Source: an uncultured Planctomycetota bacterium (GTDB taxonomy: Bacteria; Planctomycetota; Planctomycetia; Isosphaerales; Isosphaeraceae). From it: a stretch of 64,000 nucleotides of DNA. The number at the start of each line of letters is the position of its first letter. Positions within the stretch are counted from its first letter, which is position 1. The position numbers and the translations under genes are program-made. Location: contig CAWJTV010000001.1 in NCBI GenBank assembly GCA_963845755.1, positions 245,862-309,861 of the forward strand, read 5' to 3'. Positions 56,277-64,000 of this stretch are shown piece after piece. The notes beneath the pieces are model-generated. The model worked only from the letters and a program-made list of their open reading frames with translations, was not told the DNA's origin and ran no database searches.

Positions 56277-59200
56277 TCAAATCGTCAGAGAGGAATTCTT
56301 CGTCCCAGCGAGGGCGGCCAGCCGCCGTTTCCGGACCACGATCAGCTCGCGAGCCAGATCCTCCAGGACCGAATCGCTGACGACGCCTGCCTTGATCGCG
56401 GCGGACGCCTTCGCGGCGACCGACGGCCCGTCGATCGGGGCGATGGAACGAGGCGATGCAACAGGGCCCATCACCGTTGCCGCCGATACAGCCGCCGAGG
56501 TGTTGCTCGTGACCGTCACGTCCTGGGCGAACTCGGAGGTGTCACCGTTAGGATCCGTCGCCGTCGCGCTGATGAACTGGCCCGCGGAACCCGACGCCGA
56601 GAATTTGGCGGTGAACGACGCGTTGCCATTGGCATCCGTCGTCACCGTAATCTGGCCGAGGTAGGTCTGGCCCTGGCCGTAGCCGCTGGGATCGGGCGTG
56701 ACGTTCGCGAAGAACTGGATCAGGTAACTCGTGCTGGCGGCGCTATTCAGCGTCCCCACAATGGCGATCTTCCCGCCGGAGCTGACCGCCGAGCTGAGCA
56801 CCGGGAAGTTCTGGTAGTTATTGGGCCCGGGGATGGGTCCGCCGGGATGATTGGGCACGACCCCTTGGTTGTTGAAGTTGATCCCCAGGTTCTGGTTCGC
56901 GTAAATCGAGTTCGAGAGGATCGCCACGCCGGTCGTCGGACCGTTGAACCCGTCAATCACCGCCACACCGGCACCCCCGTTGTACGCAATGACGTTACCC
57001 GCACCCCGGACCGTCCCGCCGACCGTGTTGCCCGACACCTGCACGTCCACACCATCGCCGCCGTTGCCGAAGTCCTTCGTGCCGGTGATGTCCGTGCCGA
57101 TGAAGTTCCCCTCCACCAGGTTGCCACTGGCGAATACGTCGCCGAACGCGATCGCGTCCCCCGCGTTGGCCGAGATCACGTTGGCCGCCGCCGCCGTCGT
57201 CCCGCCGATCGTGTTCGACGCTTCGTCGATCATGTCGATCCCGGCGCCCTCGTTGCCCATGGCCACGGTGCCCGTGATGTCGGTCCCGATCCGGTTCCCC
57301 TGGATCAGGTTCGCGCCGAAGATCTCCGACGTCCCGAAGATCCCGCTGCCCCCATTAGCGGCGATGACATTGCCGGCCCCGGACGCCGTCCCGCCGATCG
57401 TGTTGTCGCCCGAGTCCACCATCCCGATCCCATTGCCGCCATTGCCCAGCGGCCGGGTACCCGTGATATCCGTCCCGATCAGGTTCCCCTGGATCAGGTT
57501 ATTCGTTCAACGTGATGAAGCCGATCCCGCCCCCGTTGGCCGAGACGACGTTCTTGAGGATCGAGTCATCGGTCGCGGTGAATTCGGGGTTGGGGGCGAC
57601 GTCGATGCCGGCGCCACCGTTGCCCAGGGCCGCCGTGCCCGTGACGTCCGTGCCAATCAAGTTGTGCTCGATCAGGGCATCGACCGAATCGTTGAGTTGG
57701 ATGCCGTCGTTGGGGCTGGCGGCGATGACGTTGCCGGCCGCAGCGGTGGCGCCACCGATGGTGGTCGAGGGAGAGTTTGTCAGGCTCACTCCCGTCCCGT
57801 TGCCGATCCCGATCGTGCCGCTGGGGTTGGTGCCAATGAAGTTCCCCTGGATCACCGCGCCGGTGGCGTTGCTGGCCGCGATGCCGGCGGCGCCGGTCTG
57901 GGCGCCGTTGCCGGAGATGATGTCGCGAGCCGCGGGCGTCGCCCCGCCCACGGTGACCGAGTTGACGCCGTCGATGAACACGCCATTGTCAGAGTTGGGC
58001 GCCGGTCCGACTTGGGGCGTCAGGCCGATCCAATCCCCCTTGATGAGGTCGCTACCGGTGCCCGTGAGATGAACGCCGTTGCCAAAATCGGTGATCGACA
58101 GCCCCTCGACCGTGCTGCCGCCTCCGGAGATTGCCAACCCGTCGGCGAGCGGGACGTTGCTGCCGTCGAGCTGGATCTCCAGCACCGCGTTGTCACCGTA
58201 GATGGCATTGTTGGTCAGGGCCCCCGGCTGGCTGTACCCGTTGATGATCGTGGCGTGGGTCAAGGTTGGCAAGGGAGTCAGGGGGGCGATGGTGAACGGT
58301 CCGGTGCCGCGGATCTTGAAGAGGATGGTGTCCGGCGGTGCGCTGGTGGCGAGGTTGGCGTCGAGCATGGCCTGGCGGAGCGAGCCGGGGCCGCTGTCGT
58401 TCGTGTTCGTCACCGTGAAGGACTTCGGGTTGACCATGATGGTCACCGTCGCCACGTTGGAGGTTGTCGATCCCTGGACATCCTCATAGGTGAAGCTATC
58501 GGTCCCCACGAAGTTCTTGTTGGGGGTATAGGTGAATGAGCCATCGGCGTTGAGAGTCAGCGTACCATCCGACGGGCCGGTAACGACGACCGACAAGAAC
58601 GACTTATCGTTTGTGGCGAGGTCGTTCGTCTGGACGCCCGGCGCGGGTACGCTCAGCGTGGTGTTGAGATCGAGGTGGTACTGGTCGTTGCCGGCATAGA
58701 TGGACTGTGCACTGGCGACGACCGGGATGTCCTGGGCAAACTCGGAGGTGTCACCGCTGGTATCGGTCGCCGTGGCGCTGATCACCTGGCCAGCCGGGAC
58801 GACCGTCGGGAAGCTGACCTGGAAGCTGGCGTTCCCGTTGGCGTCGGTGGTCACCGTCGTCTGCCCGAGGTAGGTTTGGCCCTGCCCGTAACCGCTCGGA
58901 TCGGGCGTGACATTCGAGAAGAGTTGGACGATGAAGGTGGCATCGGCGGCGCTATTGAGCGTTCCCTTGACGTAGGTTCGCCCGCCAAAGGTGACGCTGG
59001 CGAGCAGCACCGGGAAGTTCTGGTAATTATTGGGCCCGGGGGTCGGGCTGCTGGGATGATTGGGCACCACACCTTGGTTGTTGAAGTTGATCCCCAGGTT
59101 CTGGTTCGCGTAAATCGAGTTCGAGAGGATCGCCACGCCGGTCGTCGGACCGTTGAACCCGTCAATCACCGCCACACCGGCACCCCCGTTGTACGCAATG

Positions 59201-62200
59201 ACGTTACCCGCACCCCGGACCGTCCCGCCGACCGTGTTGCCCGACACCTGCACGTCCACACCATCGCCGCCGTTGCCGAAGTCCTTCGTGCCGGTGATGT
59301 CCGTGCCGATGAAGTTCCCCTCCACCAGGTTGCCGCTGGCAAATACGTCGCCGAACGCGATCGCGTCCCCCGCGTTGGCCGAGATCACGTTGGCCGCCGC
59401 CGCCGTCGTCCCGCCGATCGTGTTCGACGCTTCGTCGATCATGTCGATCCCGGCGCCCCCGTTGCCCATGGCCACGGTGCCCGTGATGTCGGTCCCGATC
59501 CGGTTCCCCTGGATCAGGTTCGCGCCGAAGATCTCCGACGTCCCGAAGATCCCGCTGCCCCCATTAGCAGCGATGACATTGCCGGCCCCGGACGCCGTCC
59601 CGCCGATCGTGTTGTCGCCCGAGTCCACCATCCCGATCCCATCGCCGCCGTTGCCCAGCGGCCGGGTACCCGTGATATCCGTCCCGATCAGGTTCCCCTG
59701 GATCAGGTTATTCGTCAACGTGATGAAGCCGATCCCGCCCCCGTTGGCCGAGACGACGTTCTTGAGGATCGAGTCATCGGTCGCGGTGAATTCGGGGTTG
59801 GGGGCGACGTCGATGCCGGCGCCACCGTTGCCCAGCGCCACAGTGCCGGTGACGTCGGTGCCGATCAGGTTGCGCTCGATCAGCGCATCGACCGAGTCGT
59901 TGAGCTGGATACCGTCGTTGCCGTTGCCCGAGATCAGGTTGCCGGCGCCGGTGGCCGCGCCACCGATCGTGGCCGACGGCGAGGTCCCCAGACTGATGCC
60001 CGTCCCGTTGACAAGGGCGTGGGTGCCGGTTGGGTCGGTGCCGATGAAGTCCCCCTGGATCACGGCGGCGGTCGCGTTGCTGCCATTGACCCCGGCGCCG
60101 TTGGCCGAGAGGATGTCGCGCGCCGCCGTCGCCGCGCCGCCGATGGAAGCCGCCGTCACGCCATCGAGGAACACTCCGCTGCTGGAATTGCCGGCCGGGG
60201 CACCGCCGGGCGTCAGTCCGATCCAGTCTCCTTCGATCAGGTCGCCGCCGCCGCTGCCGGTGAGATGGATGCCGTTGGTGAAGCCGGTGATGGCCAGGCC
60301 CTCCACCGTGCTGCCGCCGGCGGCGATCGCCACACCATCCGCGCCGGGGATGTTGGCGCCGTTGAGCTGGATCTCGATGACGGCGTTGTCGCCGTAGACG
60401 AGGTTGTTCTTCAGGGCGCCCGACTGGCTATATCCGTTGATGACCGTGGCGTGGGTCAAGGTTGGCAAGGGAGTCAGGGGGGCGATGGTGAACGGTCCGG
60501 TGCCGGGGATCTTGAAGAGGATGGTATCCGGCGGCGCGCTGGTGGCGAGGTTGGCGTCGAGCATGGCCTGGCGGAGCGAGCCGGGGCCGCTGTCGTTCGT
60601 GTTCGTCACCGTGAGCGTCTTGGAATTCACGTCGATCGTGACCGTCGCCACGTTGGATTTGTTCGTCCCATCCGTGGCGTAGTAGGTGAAGGTATCGGCG
60701 CCCACGAAGTTCGTCTTGGGTGTGTAAGTGAATGCCCCATCTGATTGGAAGGCCAGGGTCCCGTGCGAGGTGCTGGTCACCAGGACCGCCGACAAGGATT
60801 TGCCGCTCAGGTCGTAGTCGTTGCCGAGAACGCCCGGCGCCGGCACCGGGAGCGTGTTGTTCTCGTCAATGTTGTAGGTGTCGTTGACGGCCACCACGGG
60901 CGAGCTGGCCGCGACCACCGCAACGTCCTGGGCGAATTCCGAGGTGTCGCCGCTCGGGTCAGTCGCCGTGGCGCTGACCGCCTGGCCGGTGAGGATGACG
61001 ATGGGGAATGATGCCGAGAACGAGGCGTTGCCGCTCGAGTCGGTGGTCACCGTGGTCGTGCCGATGAGGTTCTGGCCCTGACCGTAGCCGCTGGGATCGG
61101 CCGTGGCATTGGCGAAGAACTGCAAGGTGAAGGTTGTGCTGGGCGCGCTGTTGAGCGTCCCGATGATGTACGTGCTGCCCTGGAACGTTGCGGCCTGAGA
61201 CAACACGGGGAAGTTCTGGAGGTCATTGGGGCCGCTGTGGGGTCCGCCCGGGTATTCAGGGTGACGCCGTCATTGCCCAGGTCGATCCCCAGGGCGCCAT
61301 TACCGGAGATCGCGTTCGAGAGGATGGCGTTCCCGATGGCCGGATCGCCGGAGTAACTGCCAACGACGACCCCGGCCCGGGAGTTGAAGGCGATCGTGTT
61401 GCCCGCGCCCGTGCCCGTGCCCCCGACCGAGTTGTTCGATGATCCGTTGACGATCTCGACGCCCGGACCGGTGTTTCCCAGGGGGCCGGTCCCGGAGAGG
61501 TTGGTGCCGATGAGGTTGCCGTCGATCAGATTATTATTGTCACCGTCGGGGAGAAGGATTCCCGTGCCGTTACCCGAGATGAGATTGCCAGCCGCCGGCG
61601 TCGTGCCGCCGATCGTATTGTCCGTCGAGCCGTAGCGGACGCCGATCCCCTCGCCGTTCGCAAGGGCGATGGTCCCGGTGGGGTCGGTCCCGACGAGATT
61701 GCCTTCGGCCAGGTTGTCGCCGGCCCCTCCGAACTGGATGCCGTCGATGACCAGACCACCGATCACGTTGCCGGCGCCGGCTGCGGTCCCGCCGACCGTA
61801 TTGCCGGGGGCATAATTCGTGATCACCCCATTGCCGTCGGTGAACAGCGTCGAGGTCCCCGCGGCCGTCAGCCCGACGAAGTTGCCCTCGACCAGGTTGT
61901 CCGACGCACCGTTGGTCAGGAAGATGTCCTGGTTCCCGTTGCCCGAGACGACGTTGCGGGCCGCCGGAGCCGTCCCGCCGATCGTGTTGCCGGTGGCTCC
62001 GGCGATCAAAATGCCTTGAAAGTTCCCCTCGTTCGTGCTGCCGGTGACGTCCGTGCCGATGAAGTTTCCCTGGACCAGGTCGCCGCTGCTCCCGGCCTCC
62101 AACTGGATCCCATTGGAGAATTCGTTGATCGCCAGCCCCTGCACCGTGCTGTCGCTGGCGCTGAGATCCAGCCCATCCCCATTCGCGCGGCGCCGAACAG

Positions 62201-62599
62201 GTCGATCATGAGCACCGCGTTGTCGCTGGTCAGTTCGGTATTGGCGACCGCACCCGGCTGGCTATAGCCGTCGATCACGACCGAGTGCGTGATCGTCGGC
62301 AAGGGAGAAGCGGGTGCGATCGTGAATGGACCGGTCCCGGAGATATCGAAGTCGATCGTGTCCACGCCGGGACTCGTGTCGGAGTTGACCTGGCCGATGG
62401 CCCATCGGAGGGATCCCGGGTTCGTGTCGTCGAGGGTATCGGTCACCGTGAAGCTCGAAAGCATCATCCGCGCCTCGAGCTCCTGCACGGTCCAGAGCCT
62501 GCGAGTCCGCTTCCGCCGATCTCGATCCAGCCACGCGCGGCCGCGCCGCGAATCCGATCGATCAATGCCCAAGATACGAAGTCGATTTGCCAGTCCCAT
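56277..62599 (-). CDS. Giant repetitive surface protein (beta-helix and Ig/cadherin-like repeats), split into four ORFs by frameshifts (~62170, ~61255, ~57505)
   Basis: LEARMMLS motif, VTNTNDSGPGSLRQA, GN.IGTD.TG repeats, QNFPVL...GDTSEF modules, GVL.ND..DG.FTYTP..FVG.D.F.Y. Confidence 0.85.
56800..57627. repeat. Near-identical internal duplication with ~59008-59836
   Basis: About 830 bp almost identical by eye; a second duplicated block at ~58250-58415 / ~60447-60613. Confidence 0.9.
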
Positions 62600-63257
62600 C
62601 GTCGTCCCTCCTCCGATTGGTGACCAATCCGAAATGTTGGAGAACCGTCCGATCTCGAAACCGCGCGCACGATACCGGATCCGACCCACATCGGGCCGCT
62701 GATCCGAGCCTGCGCACGACCCAGAATCCAATCTCCAAGGTCTGTTGCGGACCTGCCCGTCGGCGATTGATGTGTACTAAAGTACAGTATTACGCCGGGC
62801 ATCACCGAAATCAATAGGGCGTTCACGAAAACGAGCCGGCAAGCTCGTCGGACGACCACACCCGTGATCGGATGATACGGACGAAGAACCGGCCGATACG
62901 CCATCTGACGAGTTCGCCGGATCGGCTTGGTGCACGGCGGGCCGAAGGATTTCTATCAGATGAGTTCACGTGCCAGTGTGACTGGCCATGGATCTCCAAA
63001 ACGCCTCGCGAGCAGGAGATCCCGGAGATTTCTCGAAGTCCCTGACCCTCCGTAGGAGAAACCCCTTGATTCCGGGCACTATGGTAAACAATTCGGAAGT
63101 CATCTGCCAATAAATTTTTGATGTCATTCTACTCAAAGTCGGCTGGCGGGCTTACCTGCTCCGGCCTTGAGCCGATGCGGTCTGGGCGGGAATTGGCATC
63201 GGTTCGCCTCTCGCCGGCAGAATAGAACTCAGACTATTTATAATCGTATAACTATCA

Positions 63258-63307
63258 CTCGTTCCCACGCTCCGCGTGGGAATGCCGTCTGCGACGCTCC
63301 GCGTCGT
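63258..63307. repeat. REP-like element (tcgttcccacgctccgcgtgggaa)
   Basis: ttcccacgc-tcc-gcgtgggaa hairpin followed by cgacgc-tcc-gcgtcg hairpin. Confidence 0.75.
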
Positions 63308-63324
63308 CTTCGTCCTTTGCATCC

Positions 63325-63700
63325 TCAATCCTGCATCCGCCGATGCGGTCCGAATCCGCTACTCGACGGTCGGCGCCGTTCCATCGTTGACGTCAGGCGA
63401 TCTGTAGTCGGGCAAGCTCTCATATAGGTCCCGACCAGGGCTTCGTCGGAAGATGGCAAGCTCCCGCGCTTGCGGCGATAGAGCTCCGCGGCCAGCATGA
63501 TGACGAGTTCACGGTATGCCCTGCGGTCCCCAACGCCCCTGGGTACGCAACACGATCCGGCGGCCAAGGCCATTCATCGCTCGCCCTTCGCAGCCTGGCG
63601 TCGAGGGGTGCGACCAGCCAGCGGGCCAGCTCCTGCGGTGGAGGCGGCGGGCTCCGGCCGGTGCCTGCGGACTGACAGGGTAAAGCGGCACGAGGAATCC
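63325..63700 (-). pseudogene. Possible degraded gene remnant
   Basis: Protein-like stretch AYRELVIMLAAELYRRKRGSLPSSDEALVGTY among short broken ORFs. Confidence 0.3.
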
Positions 63701-64000
63701 GCCCTTCCTGGCCCAACGGCCGGTTTTCGCGGCGGCATCTCTTGGGCTTCCTGGAGTGCCAGGTATTGGGCACAGAGCAGCCGAGCACGCCGCCGGCTGC
63801 GTTCGGGCTCGCGCAAGAGGAAGCGGTGGCGCCGCCACGAGATAATCGATCATGGTCGGCGAAGTGGCATGTCGCCGAGCCCAAAAGTCCATTTCCCCTT
63901 CTATCTCCTGCGGGATGGAGGACAGCACTGGCCGCTCGATCTCGCGCATTAGATCAATATATCCATATTTAATTGCATATGTATCCCAATCGGGATTTGG

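Overview
GC-rich bacterial window. Planctomycete marker families (DUF1559 prepilin-like, DUF1501, PSCyt/DUF1549/DUF1553, LE(S/A)RxxLS extracellular motif) suggest a planctomycete, probably Isosphaeraceae-like; this is an inference. 1-18 kb is mostly housekeeping: porin, TPR, STAS, tsaB, yidC, mnmE, fumC. 19-48 kb carries an apparently complete N-methylglutamate (methylamine utilisation) gene set (mgsABC, gmaS, mgdABCD, plus a solA-like oxidase) broken up by inserted DNA. An IS630 sits at the mgsA/mgsB junction. About 10 kb of accessory cargo lies between mgdA and mgdB: two PIN toxin-antitoxin pairs, a large 2OG-Fe(II) oxygenase, an IS110/IS1111-type element, a tandem DUF4365-like nuclease pair and an orphan ORF. 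This cargo is punctuated by three near-identical fragments of mgdA itself and by an unnamed repeat family. The IS110 ends, CT core, empty palindromic target and candidate bridge-RNA guides can be read from the sequence. 48-64 kb holds a redoxin/cytochrome-PSD1-DUF1501 cluster, a GNAT and a ~6.3 kb repetitive surface-protein gene. Many genes have single-base frameshifts, often in homopolymers, which most likely reflect sequencing or assembly errors. All calls come from motif recognition by eye; no database searches were run.
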